In this document: piece by piece, positions 26,463 to 37,996 of the stretch
Position numbering within the stretch: position 1 is the first letter of the stretch
Layout of the letters: the number at the start of each line of letters is the position of its first letter
Origin: an uncultured Acetobacteraceae bacterium
GTDB taxonomy: Bacteria > Acidobacteriota > Terriglobia > Terriglobales > Acidobacteriaceae
Assembly (NCBI GenBank): GCA_964658655.1
Contig: CAZZZL010000011.1
Span: 15,774 to 79,773 of the forward strand
Length of the DNA stretch: 64,000 nucleotides
Reading direction: 5' to 3'
Notes under the pieces: generated by a model
What the model saw: only the letters and a program-made list of their open reading frames with translations
Told to the model about the DNA's origin: nothing
Database searches by the model: none
Program-made: the position numbers and the translations under genes

Positions 26463-26649
26463 CAGTCGTGATCGCCGGCAATGCCGCTCTCGTGTTGCTC
26501 CGCGCTCGAAAAAACAGTCCATCAGCGAAGACTATCGGTCAATCAATGCACCTTAGGCAAGCACCATCGACAGGCCAACCAGCTCAGGTTCCGGCGTGTC
26601 CCGGCTGCGAGGCGGTGTGCTCGCAGCCGAGCAATCCTCTCCCTTGACC

Positions 26650-27684
<1,035 letters not shown>

Positions 27685-27759
27685 TTAAGCTTAGTGCCCG
27701 GACTGTTATGAGACTAGACTGCTATCATTTGTCAGAGTCATGAGTAAAATGCATGAATC

Positions 27760-28644
27760 ATGAAGAATGAGCTCGGTGAACTGGCTGCGTTCGCGATGGT
27801 CGCGGAAGAACGAAGCTTTACCCGTGCCGCCGGTCGAATCGGCATTTCACAGTCGGCGCTCAGCCACTCGATGCGGGGGCTGGAAAAACGACTTGGCCTG
27901 CAGCTTTTGGCCCGGACGACACGAAGTGTCTCGCCTACGGCTGCCGGCATGGCGCTTCTTGAAGAACTTGCTCCTGCCCTGGAGCGTATCGAGAGGTCGC
28001 TGGCAGAGGCGCGGCAACAGAGAGAGAAGCCTGCAGGCCGTATCCGGCTGATTATTCCCCGAACCGCCGTCAAGGTGGTCCTGTTGCCAAAACTGGCCAG
28101 GTTCGCAGAACTTTATCCCGAGATCGTCCTTGAGGTCACGACCTCGAATGATCCTGTCGATCTTGTCGCCGGACAATATGATGCCGGGGTACAGATTGGA
28201 GAATTTATTCAGCGGGAGATGATCGCGGTGCGTGTCAGCAGCGATATGCGCCTGGCGGTTGTCGGCTCGCCTGAATACTTCAAGAGCCGCTCCCTTCCCC
28301 GGACGCCGCGCGACCTGAAAGACCATGCATGCATCGGCTTTCGATTTCAGAGCGGCATGTATCGATGGGAGTTCGAGAAGGGCCGGAAAGCCCTGACCGT
28401 GAATCCGCAGGGGCCCGTCACCTTTGATGATCCCGACCTCGTGATGCGCGCTGTGTTGAGAGGGATCGGCATCGGCACCGCGTTGGAAGAACCCCTTGCG
28501 GGGCTGATCGCCGAGGGTCGCCTTGTGCAGGTCCTGAAGGACTGGTGCCCGGTGTTCCCGGGATACTTTCTCTACTATCCGAGCCGACGCAATCAGCCGG
28601 CAGCGCTCGCCAGCCTGATCAGCACGCTGCGGATATCAGAGTAA
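27760..28644 (+). CDS. LysR-family transcriptional regulator, divergent from the AKR gene
   Basis: N-terminal wHTH LAAFAMVAEERSFTRAAGRIGISQSALSHSMRGLEKRLGLQLLARTTRSV plus a LysR substrate-binding domain. Confidence 0.9.
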   Translation: MKNELGELAAFAMVAEERSFTRAAGRIGISQSALSHSMRGLEKRLGLQLLARTTRSVSPTAAGMALLEELAPALERIERSLAEARQQREKPAGRIRLIIPRTAVKVVLLPKLARFAELYPEIVLEVTTSNDPVDLVAGQYDAGVQIGEFIQREMIAVRVSSDMRLAVVGSPEYFKSRSLPRTPRDLKDHACIGFRFQSGMYRWEFEKGRKALTVNPQGPVTFDDPDLVMRAVLRGIGIGTALEEPLAGLIAEGRLVQVLKDWCPVFPGYFLYYPSRRNQPAALASLISTLRISE

Positions 28645-28670
28645 CGACAGCGATCGATCAACACGCAGTA

Positions 28671-31193
28671 CTACTTTTTTGCGGCGGCCGAGCGCTGGCG
28701 CGCGTCCTCGAGCAGGGCATCATACCGCGGGTCGCCGCTGAGTGATTTGAAGCTGGCACTCGCCACCATTTCATCTTCGTCGGTGAAGGGCAGATCGTGG
28801 TCTACCGCGTCCTTCAGAATGGTCAGCGCTTCATCCTTTTTCCCCTGCAGGGCATAGCACTCGCCGAGGGCGTAGGCAGTCTCGGCCGTATCCGGATCGT
28901 CATGACCGAGGACGCGCAGCCTTGTCGCATAGGCTTCTCGCAGGAACTTTTCTGACTCTGGATAATGCCCTTCGGCGGTCAGCACTTCACCCACGGCGAC
29001 CATGGCTGCCTGGGTGTCGGAATGGTCGTTGCCGAGCGTTCTCTGCAGTGCTTCCAGAGATTGACGCGCTAGCACTTCAGCTTCAGGCAGCTTGCCCTCC
29101 AGTCGCAGAACATCGGCCAGGTTGCCGGCTGTGACCAGCGTCGACCTGTGGTCGGGGCCGAGCTTTTTGCGCTTGGCCTCGAGCGTCTCGCGGAACATGG
29201 CTTCCGCTTCGGGATAACGCTTCTCCTGCGTAAGAGTGAGGGCAAGATTGCCCTCGCTGAGCAACGTTGTCGGGTGGTCCGGGCCGAGCACCTTTCGTTC
29301 GCCATCCACGACTTCACGAAAAGTCTTCTCCGCTTCGGCGTACTTCTTTTCCTGCAGCAGGGTCGCACCCAGGTTGCCTTCTGTCTTGAGCGTCGTGAGA
29401 TGATCGGCCCCGAGACTGTCCCGGTTCATTTCAAAGGTCTCGCGAAACGCTTTTTCCGCTTCCGCAAACTTGCCCTGGTAGGCAAGATCGATTGCGAGAT
29501 TCCCTGCGAGCGATTTCGTAAGTTCATCGGCAGGGCCGAATTTTCTGCGTGCAATTTCGAGGGCCGGTGCATTCTCTTTTTCTGCATCCGGATAGCGGCC
29601 CAGGTCCGCCAGCGCCATACCCAGTGTCATCATGGAGGCCACGGTACCCCGGTCTTCCGGTCCGTTCACGCGGCGACTGGCTTCGACCTCCTCCCGCGCC
29701 AGCTTCTCCGATTCAGCATAGTGGCTCTCTTCATTCAATACGGTCGCCAGTGCATCCATCGAACGCAATGTATCGCGATTATTTTTTCCGAACAGCTGGG
29801 TCCTCGTCGCCAGCGCCTGTCGGGTGAGTGACTCGGCCTGCGGATACAGCCCGAGCTCCTTGTATACCGTTCCCATCACCTGCATCAGCTGGGCCTGGAG
29901 GATCGGGTCCTGTGCGAGACCGCTCTTGATCTGTGTCGACGCCTTATCCAGAACCTCGCGCACACGGATGTCATTGCCGCGCGCCTGGCCGGGGTCCGAC
30001 ACCTTGAACATGTTCGTCATGAAGTCGGAGATACGATCGGCGCGGTCGCGTTCACGCCGGATGCGTCGCAGCTGGACAGCCTCGGTCGCGGCGAAGGCCA
30101 GCAGCAGCAGGACAGCCGTCGCCGCAAGGGCCACGCCAACACGATGGCGGCGAATGTATTTTCGTGCGCGATATGCAGCGCTTGGCGTATGCGCATTGAC
30201 CGGCTCGTCGCGCAGGTAGCGGCGCAGGTCTTCGGCAAGTTCATGCGGGGATGCGTAGCGGCGTCCACGATCTTTCTCAAGCGCCTTGAGCGCGATGGCA
30301 TCCGGGTCGCCATGCAGTTGCCGCGTGAGCGTCGACAAATCGGTCGAGCGATTTTTCGCGGTCGATGTGGAGAGGTCACCCGACGTCCGCAGCTTGGTAC
30401 TTGGCCGGGGTGCGTCGTCCTCTCGCAGGCTGCGCAGACCCTCGTCATACGCCAGCTTGTTGAGGTTCAAAGGCAGTGCGCCGACGAGCAGCTCATACAA
30501 AACGACGCCGAGCGAATACACATCGCTGCGCGTATCGATATCGTGGCCGGAAGAGTCGGCCTGCTCCGGACTCATGTAGCCGAGCGTCCCGATGACCGCA
30601 CCCAGTTGTGTATACATGGTGTCGCCACCGAGGCGATGCGAGGTTGCCTTGGCAACGCCGAAATCGATGATCCGCGGTACTGGTATTCCATCGACTTCCG
30701 TCACGAGGATGTTTGAGGGTTTCAGATCGCGATGGATGATCGCCTTCTGATGCGCATGCTGGACGCCTTCGCAGACCAGCACAAACAGCTCCATGCGCTG
30801 CCGCATCGACAGGCGATGGCGATCGCAATATGTCGTGATGGGCGAACCGGCGACATATTCCATCACGAAGTAAGGACGTCCTTCGATGGTCGAGCCCGCG
30901 TCGTACACCTTGGCGATGGCCGGGTGGTCCATCATCGCCAGGGCCTGCCGTTCAGACTCGAAGCGAGCAACGACCTCGCGCGTATCCATGCCGGCCTTGA
31001 TCAGCTTGACAGCTACCCGGCGGCGCACCGGCTCCTTCTGCTCAGCCAGCCAGACTTCGCCCATGCCGCCCTGACCGATGAGCTGGATCAGGTGATAGGG
31101 ACCGATGACCAGAGTTGTCGGCAGGGACATCGCATCGGGCACCGAAGATGAAAGCTGCGTCTCTTCGTTTCCGCTGGATGGGTGCGTGGACAT
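28671..31193 (-). CDS. Hanks-type Ser/Thr protein kinase with one TM helix and a long C-terminal TPR array
   Basis: GQGGMGEVWLA, VAVKLIK, IIHRDLKPSNILV, DFGVAKA, GTLGYMSPEQ. TM helix VGVALAATAVLLLLAFAA. It is followed by about 10 TPR units. Confidence 0.9.
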   Translation of the reverse strand: MSTHPSSGNEETQLSSSVPDAMSLPTTLVIGPYHLIQLIGQGGMGEVWLAEQKEPVRRRVAVKLIKAGMDTREVVARFESERQALAMMDHPAIAKVYDAGSTIEGRPYFVMEYVAGSPITTYCDRHRLSMRQRMELFVLVCEGVQHAHQKAIIHRDLKPSNILVTEVDGIPVPRIIDFGVAKATSHRLGGDTMYTQLGAVIGTLGYMSPEQADSSGHDIDTRSDVYSLGVVLYELLVGALPLNLNKLAYDEGLRSLREDDAPRPSTKLRTSGDLSTSTAKNRSTDLSTLTRQLHGDPDAIALKALEKDRGRRYASPHELAEDLRRYLRDEPVNAHTPSAAYRARKYIRRHRVGVALAATAVLLLLAFAATEAVQLRRIRRERDRADRISDFMTNMFKVSDPGQARGNDIRVREVLDKASTQIKSGLAQDPILQAQLMQVMGTVYKELGLYPQAESLTRQALATRTQLFGKNNRDTLRSMDALATVLNEESHYAESEKLAREEVEASRRVNGPEDRGTVASMMTLGMALADLGRYPDAEKENAPALEIARRKFGPADELTKSLAGNLAIDLAYQGKFAEAEKAFRETFEMNRDSLGADHLTTLKTEGNLGATLLQEKKYAEAEKTFREVVDGERKVLGPDHPTTLLSEGNLALTLTQEKRYPEAEAMFRETLEAKRKKLGPDHRSTLVTAGNLADVLRLEGKLPEAEVLARQSLEALQRTLGNDHSDTQAAMVAVGEVLTAEGHYPESEKFLREAYATRLRVLGHDDPDTAETAYALGECYALQGKKDEALTILKDAVDHDLPFTDEDEMVASASFKSLSGDPRYDALLEDARQRSAAAKK

Positions 31194-31357
31194 GTTTAGC
31201 GACCGCCGCTCGGCAACAGGAACAGTGGAAACGACTCCGCAGATTGTGTGAGCGCCTGCATGTGCGCTTCACTATACGCACCAGCGATGCAGCCAAACCA
31301 GCGTTTTCTGGAGGTCCACGATGAAATTGCTGTGTCGCCTTCGACCGTAACCACCCT

Positions 31358-33238
31358 CTAAAGCCGCTGGTAGCGCGCCAGAATTTCCGCCAGTGTGACA
31401 GTGCCTTCCAGAGTTCCGCGCGCCGCGCGATTCTGAATGGGCAGGATGGACCATCGCGCGAGATGAGGAATCGCACTATCGATCGGCATATCCGGGAACA
31501 GGTTTGGCGCCCGCTCGGTTGGAATGGCCTTCACCACCTGAACATCCGGACCATGCGACGAGGCCGCCTCCCGTAGATCTGCGCGCGTCATGACGAACCA
31601 GCTGCCGTCTTCCATGCGCAGGAAAAACGCAGGCGATTTCGAATCTTCAATCTGCTGCTCGACGGACCCCAGGGTGTCCGAGCCGGAATAAATCGGTAGG
31701 TTATTGGGGCGCAGCGCATCTTCAAGATGCAGGCCGACTTCCTCACGTTGTTCCTCCATCGACGGCAGGTTCAGGCCATCCTGATGCGTGAAGACCTCGA
31801 AGATCGGCGTCGGCTGCAGCGAGCGAGAGAGCAGGTAGGCAATGGTGTTTGCGAGAATGACCGGCAGGATGATGGAGTAGTTGCCACTCACCTCCAGCAC
31901 CATGAACACAGACGTCAATGGTGCTCGCAAAAAGCCCGCGAACAGGACGCCCATGCCGACCAGCGCGTAGGAGCCGATCGATATCGGCAGGTGCGGGAAG
32001 TAGAACTTCTCGAATGTCCCTGTTGCGGCTCCGAGCATGGCTCCGGTAAACAGTGTCGGCGCGAACATGCCGCCCGGGGTGCCGCTGGAAAACGAGACCG
32101 TGGTTGCGAGAATTTTGAAGGCAGCCAGTGCGAGCAGGAAGTGCCAGGTGAACTGGCCGTGGATGGCCTGGTCCATCACCTCGTAGCCAGGGCCCATGAC
32201 CTGCGGAAAGCCGAAATAGCCGATCAGTCCGACAATCAGCCCTGCGACTGCGGGCTGCAGGTAGAACGTCCAAGTGGGCAGGTTGCGCAGCTTGGGTCGC
32301 AAAGACTTTAAGGCGCGTGAAAACACTGATGCCGACAGCCCGCCAACGACACCAAGCAGCGCATAGGCGAGCAGCTCGCGGCTATCGCTGATAGTGACAG
32401 ACGGGATACGGAACATCGGCTCCGATCCCCAGAAGGTACGCGCCACCACGACTGCCGAAATAGCGGAAAGGACGACCGAGCCGAGGACCGCGGCACTCCA
32501 CTGGCCGATGACTTCTTCAATCACAAACAGGATCGCCGAAACCGGCGCATTGAATGCCGCAGCCAGGCCGGCAGCGGCGCCGATGGGCGCAAACACGCGC
32601 AGACGCTGCCGCGATAAGCGCAGCTTGCGGCTGACAATCGAAGCGACTCCCGCGCCGATCTGCAGCGACGGATCTTCGGGTCCCAGCGAGAAGCCGCCGC
32701 CAATGGCGAGTGCGGCCGTGATGAATTTGCCGATGACTGTCTTGAACGAAATAAAGCCGTTGTAGATATAGAGCGCGGCTTTGGTCTGGTTGACTCCTGA
32801 TCCACGCGCAGCCGGGAAGAACTGCTGCACCAGGAAGGCCACCAGCAGACCCATTCCCGTCGGGACGAAAATCAGCCGCAACTGGCCGGGGTGCGGTGAC
32901 GAACCAAGCGACAGGATCTGTACCCATGAGATTGCAATGCGGAATGAGACGACCAGCAATCCCGAGATGACGCCGATGAAGATGGAGAGCACCAGGAACA
33001 ACCGCTCATCACGGGTAGGCGCAAGCTTCTGAATATCCATCTGCTCGGGCAGCGCCTGCACCGGCTCGCGCAGCTCCGACTCCGGCACCAGCGGCTTTGA
33101 AATTGCCTCGCCGCCCGCAGGATTGGGTAGGGGTTCTTCCGGGGAGGTCATCTCCGCTGCTTCGGACGTGTTTTCCGCGGTCACAATCGTCCGTCCCCGG
33201 TCCGTCGCGCGGTTATTCTCCATCGCGCCTTCACTCAT
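31358..33238 (-). CDS. ClC-family chloride channel/antiporter with C-terminal CBS-like region (alternative start 33223)
   Basis: ARGSGVNQTK, GPEDPSLQIGAG, GMFAPTLFTGAMLG. About 10 TM segments plus a soluble C-terminal tail of about 150 aa. Confidence 0.9.
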   Translation of the reverse strand: MSEGAMENNRATDRGRTIVTAENTSEAAEMTSPEEPLPNPAGGEAISKPLVPESELREPVQALPEQMDIQKLAPTRDERLFLVLSIFIGVISGLLVVSFRIAISWVQILSLGSSPHPGQLRLIFVPTGMGLLVAFLVQQFFPAARGSGVNQTKAALYIYNGFISFKTVIGKFITAALAIGGGFSLGPEDPSLQIGAGVASIVSRKLRLSRQRLRVFAPIGAAAGLAAAFNAPVSAILFVIEEVIGQWSAAVLGSVVLSAISAVVVARTFWGSEPMFRIPSVTISDSRELLAYALLGVVGGLSASVFSRALKSLRPKLRNLPTWTFYLQPAVAGLIVGLIGYFGFPQVMGPGYEVMDQAIHGQFTWHFLLALAAFKILATTVSFSSGTPGGMFAPTLFTGAMLGAATGTFEKFYFPHLPISIGSYALVGMGVLFAGFLRAPLTSVFMVLEVSGNYSIILPVILANTIAYLLSRSLQPTPIFEVFTHQDGLNLPSMEEQREEVGLHLEDALRPNNLPIYSGSDTLGSVEQQIEDSKSPAFFLRMEDGSWFVMTRADLREAASSHGPDVQVVKAIPTERAPNLFPDMPIDSAIPHLARWSILPIQNRAARGTLEGTVTLAEILARYQRL

Positions 33239-34490
33239 GCATCTGCTCCGCCTGCATGTCAGACAGGCTGGGTACCTCGGCCAGTCTCAGCAGGATGGCG
33301 TCATCGCCGGTTGGGCTGCCGCAGGCCTTTGCCGTCGCCAGTTCAGTATCGTTGATGAGCTTGCGCTCCTTCTCCTGGGCAACCGGATCGACCGCCAGGC
33401 CGGCCACAGTCAGGTGCTCGGGTTCGGCCTGCCAGCGTGTCGAAACCGCTGCCAGCCCGGCTCCTGCCGCATCAGGCGAACCGCCAAGCTGACCACCTAT
33501 CTGTGAGTCGCCTTTCGCCTGGAGACAGGCTTCCATCCGCCGTCGAGCAATCTCGCGGTCATTGATCAATCGTGTCGCCAGCATCGTCGTGGAGGTCGCA
33601 GTCAATGGGTCCAGCACGATGATGCGGCCGATACGATGCAACTGATCCTGATCCATCTGGCGCAGCTCTGCACTTCGGTGCACATAGGACGGCACATTCA
33701 TCGACTTCTGCAGGTAGCGATACGCCGCAGCATAATCGCCGACTCCATAGCTCGTATCCGCAGCCCCCTGGAGAGCCGTAAAGTCTTCCGGATGCTGTGC
33801 CAGCAGCTGGCGGTAAAGTTCGAGGGCATCGACAGGGAAGTGCGACTCAACCAGCAGGCCGGCAATTTTCAGCTGCACTTCAAGATCGCTTGAAGGCGCA
33901 TTGCCGGAGGCGACCAGCAGTTCGGAGCGAGCCTGGTCGAACGATCCGCGGGAGATCAGGTAGCGTACCAATTCAAGCCGTGTCTCACGGCGCCTGATGT
34001 AGCCATCGCCTTCCCAATTGCCGTAGATCGCGGCATGAAAGTCCTGCTTGGCCAGGTCTTCGTTGCCGGCACGCGCGGCCAGCCGGGCCAGTTGAAGATT
34101 GATCTCCCCGCTGCCGGGCTCGGCCTCACGGAGAGTGTTGAAGTAGGCCGTTGCCTCCTGAATGCGTCCCGCAGAAGCCAGCGCGGAGGCCAGGGCGATC
34201 TCCATCTGCCGTTCTCCGGCCGGCGGCGCATAGAGCAGTGCGGACCGGAAGTCGTTGATGGCTACGATGGGTTGTTGCGCGTTCAACGCAGCTTTACCAC
34301 GACTAAACCAGCGATTCGCCAGCTCTTCCCGATGATCCGAATAGGATTTAAAAAGGAAGTGGGTGGCGACGGCAAGCAGTATGGTGATGAAAAGGACTGA
34401 CAGCAGCGCTACTGCGTCTTTAAAGACCAGCGCTCTCACCTGGTGACGCTCAATCGGACTAAGGTGAGATTTAAAGGCGGGAATCTGCAT
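33231..34490 (-). CDS. membrane-anchored TPR-repeat protein
   Basis: One N-terminal TM helix (AVALLSVLFITILLAVATHFLF) followed by TPR-like repeats. Its stop overlaps the longest ClC ORF by 8 nt. Confidence 0.65.
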   Translation of the reverse strand: MQIPAFKSHLSPIERHQVRALVFKDAVALLSVLFITILLAVATHFLFKSYSDHREELANRWFSRGKAALNAQQPIVAINDFRSALLYAPPAGERQMEIALASALASAGRIQEATAYFNTLREAEPGSGEINLQLARLAARAGNEDLAKQDFHAAIYGNWEGDGYIRRRETRLELVRYLISRGSFDQARSELLVASGNAPSSDLEVQLKIAGLLVESHFPVDALELYRQLLAQHPEDFTALQGAADTSYGVGDYAAAYRYLQKSMNVPSYVHRSAELRQMDQDQLHRIGRIIVLDPLTATSTTMLATRLINDREIARRRMEACLQAKGDSQIGGQLGGSPDAAGAGLAAVSTRWQAEPEHLTVAGLAVDPVAQEKERKLINDTELATAKACGSPTGDDAILLRLAEVPSLSDMQAEQMHE

Positions 34491-34695
34491 AAAGCGGTTT
34501 CAGAACTTTCAACACGTGGCGGAGCTGGCGTTTCTATTAGGTTACAGGACGATAGCGGGATAAACACAAACAGCAGCGAACGCCCTATTCCACGGAATTT
34601 GGGCGTAAATTAGCAGAAAACAACGTATAGACGTAATTGGCATCTCTCTGTAAAGCCGATCATTGACAAGAACAATAGATGCAAAGGAGCACCAA

Positions 34696-35745
34696 ATGGA
34701 ACGGCGCAGCTTTATCAAACAGGCAGCAGCTACGGCGGCACTCGCGAGCGTGGAAAAAGCGATCGGCCAGCCGGGCGACAAAGCGGCGTCCCTTCAGGGA
34801 GCAGCCGCGCGCACACCCGCGCCGATTGTCGCGACCGTGAATGGCATCGGGCGGCGTAAGCTCGGCCGCGCGGATGCGGAAGTCTCCATCATCGGTATCG
34901 GCGGCTATCATCTCGGCTTGCCCAGTGTCACCGAGCAGGACGCCATTCACATCATCCGGACAGCGCTCGATAGCGGCATCAACTTCCTCGATAACTGCTG
35001 GGATTACAACGACGGCGTGAGCGAGCAGCGCATGGGCAAGGCGCTGGCCGACGGCTATCGCCAGAAGGCGTTTCTGATGACGAAAATCGACGGCCGCACC
35101 GGCCCGGCTGCGACGCAGCAGCTCGAACAATCAATGTCTCGCCTGAAGACCGATCACATCGACCTGGTGCAAATCCACGAAGTCATTCGTATGACAGATC
35201 CAGAGCAGGCGTTCCAGCCCGGCAACGTGATCGATGTTTTGAAGCAGGCGCGCAAAGACGGAAAGATTCGTTTCATCGGCTTCACCGGTCATAAGAGTCC
35301 GGAGATGCATCTACACATGATCGAAATCGCAGACCGGCATGGATTTACCTTCGATACCGCCCAATTCCCGGTCAATGCGCTGGACGAGCACTATGACAGC
35401 TTTGGTCAGAAGGTGATACCGGTTGCTCACCAGCATGGCATGGCCGTACTGGGGATGAAGCCACTGAGCAATGGCGCAATCCTGAAGACCAACGCAGTAT
35501 CAGCAGTCGATGCGCTTCATTATGCCATGAGCGTACCTGTGACTATTACAATCACGGGCTGCGAGTCGATCGCTAACCTGGAACAGGCGCTCGGCGTCGC
35601 CAGAAACTTCAAGCCCATGGATGTGCAGCAGAAAATGGCTGTCCTGCAGAAGGTCGCTCCGTCTGCCATGGCCGGCGAGTTCGAGCGGTATAAAGTGTCG
35701 CATATCTATGACGGCACAATTAACAATCCGCAATGGCTGGGATGA
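34696..35745 (+). CDS. aldo/keto reductase with twin-arginine (Tat) signal peptide
   Basis: AAGGAG precedes ATG 34696. MERRSFIKQAAATAALASV is an RRxF[IL]K Tat motif. AKR core: NFLDNCWDYNDG, FLMTKI, DLVQIHEV, FIGFTGH. Confidence 0.85.
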   Translation: MERRSFIKQAAATAALASVEKAIGQPGDKAASLQGAAARTPAPIVATVNGIGRRKLGRADAEVSIIGIGGYHLGLPSVTEQDAIHIIRTALDSGINFLDNCWDYNDGVSEQRMGKALADGYRQKAFLMTKIDGRTGPAATQQLEQSMSRLKTDHIDLVQIHEVIRMTDPEQAFQPGNVIDVLKQARKDGKIRFIGFTGHKSPEMHLHMIEIADRHGFTFDTAQFPVNALDEHYDSFGQKVIPVAHQHGMAVLGMKPLSNGAILKTNAVSAVDALHYAMSVPVTITITGCESIANLEQALGVARNFKPMDVQQKMAVLQKVAPSAMAGEFERYKVSHIYDGTINNPQWLG

Positions 35746-36632
35746 CTATGAGGAATGCTACGCAATCGGCGGTTGAAACTGCTGCGGTGCAAGGCAGGCG
35801 TGCCTCACTGGAAGCAATACTCCGCGCATACGGCAGTATGATGGTTGCTTATTCCGGCGGCGTCGATTCTGCCTATCTCGCCTACGCCGCCTGCGAAGCC
35901 CTGGGCCGGGAAAATGTTCTGGCGGTGCTGGCAGATTCGCCCAGCCTGGCCCGCAGCCAGATGCGCGATGCAGTTGCCTTTGCTGAAGAGCAGAGGATCC
36001 CGTTGCTTGTGGTCGAGACCAACGAGATGGAGCAGGAAGCTTACACGCGCAACGATGCGCAACGTTGCTTCCATTGCAAGGATGAACTATTCGACGTACT
36101 GGAGCGCAAGCGAATCGAAACCGATTTCGCAACAGTTGTCTACGGTCTGAATGCAGACGACACTAGGGACTATCGACCTGGTCACGGCGCTGCGAACAAG
36201 CACAGCGTGAAGGCACCGCTGGCCGAGGCCTCACTCACCAAGGAGGACGTCCGGCAACTTGCAGCAGAGGCTGGACTGCGCGTCTGGGACAAGCCTGCAT
36301 CGGCATGCCTGTCCTCACGCATCGAGTATGGCCGCAAGGTAACGCCCGAAGCGCTGGAACAGGTCGAGTCCGCGGAAGAGGCGTTGCGCGACCTGGGCAT
36401 GATTCGCTTTCGTGTTCGTCATCATGGAACGGTCGCCCGCATCGAGATTGCACCCGAAGAAATGGCGCAATGGTTGTCGCCGCAGCACTTTAAAACGATC
36501 AGCGACCGCGTACGGGCATGCGGATTTCAATTCGTGTCTGTCGACTGCGATGGCTACCGGTCAGGTGCCATGAATGAGGTGCTGCCGTTTTCAGTATTGC
36601 TTGCAGCCTCTGAAGGAAAACGAACCGCATGA
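35742..36632 (+). CDS. larE: LarE, PP-loop ATP-dependent sulfur transferase of nickel-pincer nucleotide biosynthesis
   Basis: PP-loop VAYSGGVDSAYL, then CFHCKDELF and KPASACLSSRIEYG. ATG 35742 overlaps the AKR stop (ATGA). The track start 35733 is also possible. Confidence 0.85.
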   Translation: MTMRNATQSAVETAAVQGRRASLEAILRAYGSMMVAYSGGVDSAYLAYAACEALGRENVLAVLADSPSLARSQMRDAVAFAEEQRIPLLVVETNEMEQEAYTRNDAQRCFHCKDELFDVLERKRIETDFATVVYGLNADDTRDYRPGHGAANKHSVKAPLAEASLTKEDVRQLAAEAGLRVWDKPASACLSSRIEYGRKVTPEALEQVESAEEALRDLGMIRFRVRHHGTVARIEIAPEEMAQWLSPQHFKTISDRVRACGFQFVSVDCDGYRSGAMNEVLPFSVLLAASEGKRTA

Positions 36633-37996
36633 GAATTGCTTATCTTGAATGCTTCGCCGGTATCGCCGGTGATATGTTTCTTGGTGCCCTGGTCGATGCC
36701 GGTGTCGAGCCGGCTCTGCTGCAGGCCGCTGCCGACTCTCTGAAACTTGGTGTGCAACTTGAATTTAAGAAGGTCGATCGCAGCGGCATCCAGTCCACGA
36801 AGGCCCGAGTTCTACTGAACGGAGTCCAAGCTGAGGACGCTGGTGATGTCCAGGGCCATGTCCATGAGCACGCCGAAACGCACGAGCACTCGCATACGCA
36901 CGTCGACGATCAAGGCCATTCTCATACCCACACCCACTCGCATTCGCATAGTCATGAGCATGTGCACGGACGCAGTCTGTCAGAGATCCGTCACCTGATC
37001 GGCCACGCATCGATCACAGCGCGGGCCAAAGAGATCGCATTGCTGGCGTTCAATCGGCTTGGTACTGCAGAGGCAAAAATTCACGGCATGCCGATCGAGA
37101 ATGTTCATTTCCACGAAGTCGGCGCGGTGGATGCCATCATTGATATCGTCTGTGGCGCAGTGGGCGCTGATGCCCTCGATGTCGATGCATGGTACTGCTC
37201 CTCTATCAATACAGGCTCAGGATTTGTGGATTGTGCACACGGCCGCTTTCCCGTTCCAGCGCCCGCGACGCTTGAACTTCTGCAGGGCATGCCGGTTTAC
37301 AGTGAAGGCCCTGCCAAAGAGATGACCACTCCGACCGGCGCAGCACTGGTGAGCGCGCTTTCCTGCCGGTTTGAGCCAGTGAAAGCATTACGCAGTGACC
37401 GGACAGGCTATGGAGCGGGTTCCCGCAATCCGGAACGATTTCCCAACGTGCTGCGTCTCCGTGTCGGCACTACCGAAACCGTTAGCGATGCACAGGAGAC
37501 CAGTTCCGATCTAAACGATACAGTCACTGTGCTTGAATGCGCGATTGATGACGGCACGCCCGAGCTTCTGGCGCATTCTGCTCAACTCGTGATGGAGCAT
37601 GGCGCCCTCGACGTCATGCAGCAGCCCGCGGCAATGAAGAAGGGGCGCCTCGGAACGTTGTTCACAGTCATCTGCAGGCCCGCAGACGCGGACCACATGA
37701 ACCACCTGCTTTTACGCGAGACCTCGACGCTGGGCATTCGTTTTCGTAATGAACAGCGGACAATCCTGCAGCGGAGCATCGTAGACGTGTCTACTGATTA
37801 CGGTGTCATCCGCGTGAAAGTCGGCAGCAGTAATGACCAGATTGTCAATACTGCGCCCGAGTTTGAGGATTGCCGCAAAGCAGCCGTAACGCATAACGTT
37901 CCGCTTAAGCAAGTGATGCAGGCCGCTCTTATCGCCTATGCCATGCAGGCCCAAACTGATTCAGACGCTCACCACGTCGCTGCAGGTTTCCGATGA
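36629..37996 (+). CDS. larC: LarC, nickel insertion (cyclometallase) protein, DUF111 family
   Basis: MRIAYLECFAGIAGDMFLGALVDAG, a His-rich tract HVHEHAETHEHSHTHVDDQGHSHTHTHSHSHSHEHVHG (about 36845-36975), HFHEVGAVDAIIDIV. A single uninterrupted ORF. ATGA overlap with larE. Confidence 0.9.
   Translation: MRIAYLECFAGIAGDMFLGALVDAGVEPALLQAAADSLKLGVQLEFKKVDRSGIQSTKARVLLNGVQAEDAGDVQGHVHEHAETHEHSHTHVDDQGHSHTHTHSHSHSHEHVHGRSLSEIRHLIGHASITARAKEIALLAFNRLGTAEAKIHGMPIENVHFHEVGAVDAIIDIVCGAVGADALDVDAWYCSSINTGSGFVDCAHGRFPVPAPATLELLQGMPVYSEGPAKEMTTPTGAALVSALSCRFEPVKALRSDRTGYGAGSRNPERFPNVLRLRVGTTETVSDAQETSSDLNDTVTVLECAIDDGTPELLAHSAQLVMEHGALDVMQQPAAMKKGRLGTLFTVICRPADADHMNHLLLRETSTLGIRFRNEQRTILQRSIVDVSTDYGVIRVKVGSSNDQIVNTAPEFEDCRKAAVTHNVPLKQVMQAALIAYAMQAQTDSDAHHVAAGFR

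Noticed and set aside
36845-36975. Apparent simple-sequence repeat (CAC/CAT/ACG-rich) inside larC
   Set aside because: It is the coding sequence of the His/Thr/Ser-rich nickel-binding tract normal for LarC, not a DNA-level repeat element or slippage artefact. The frame stays open.
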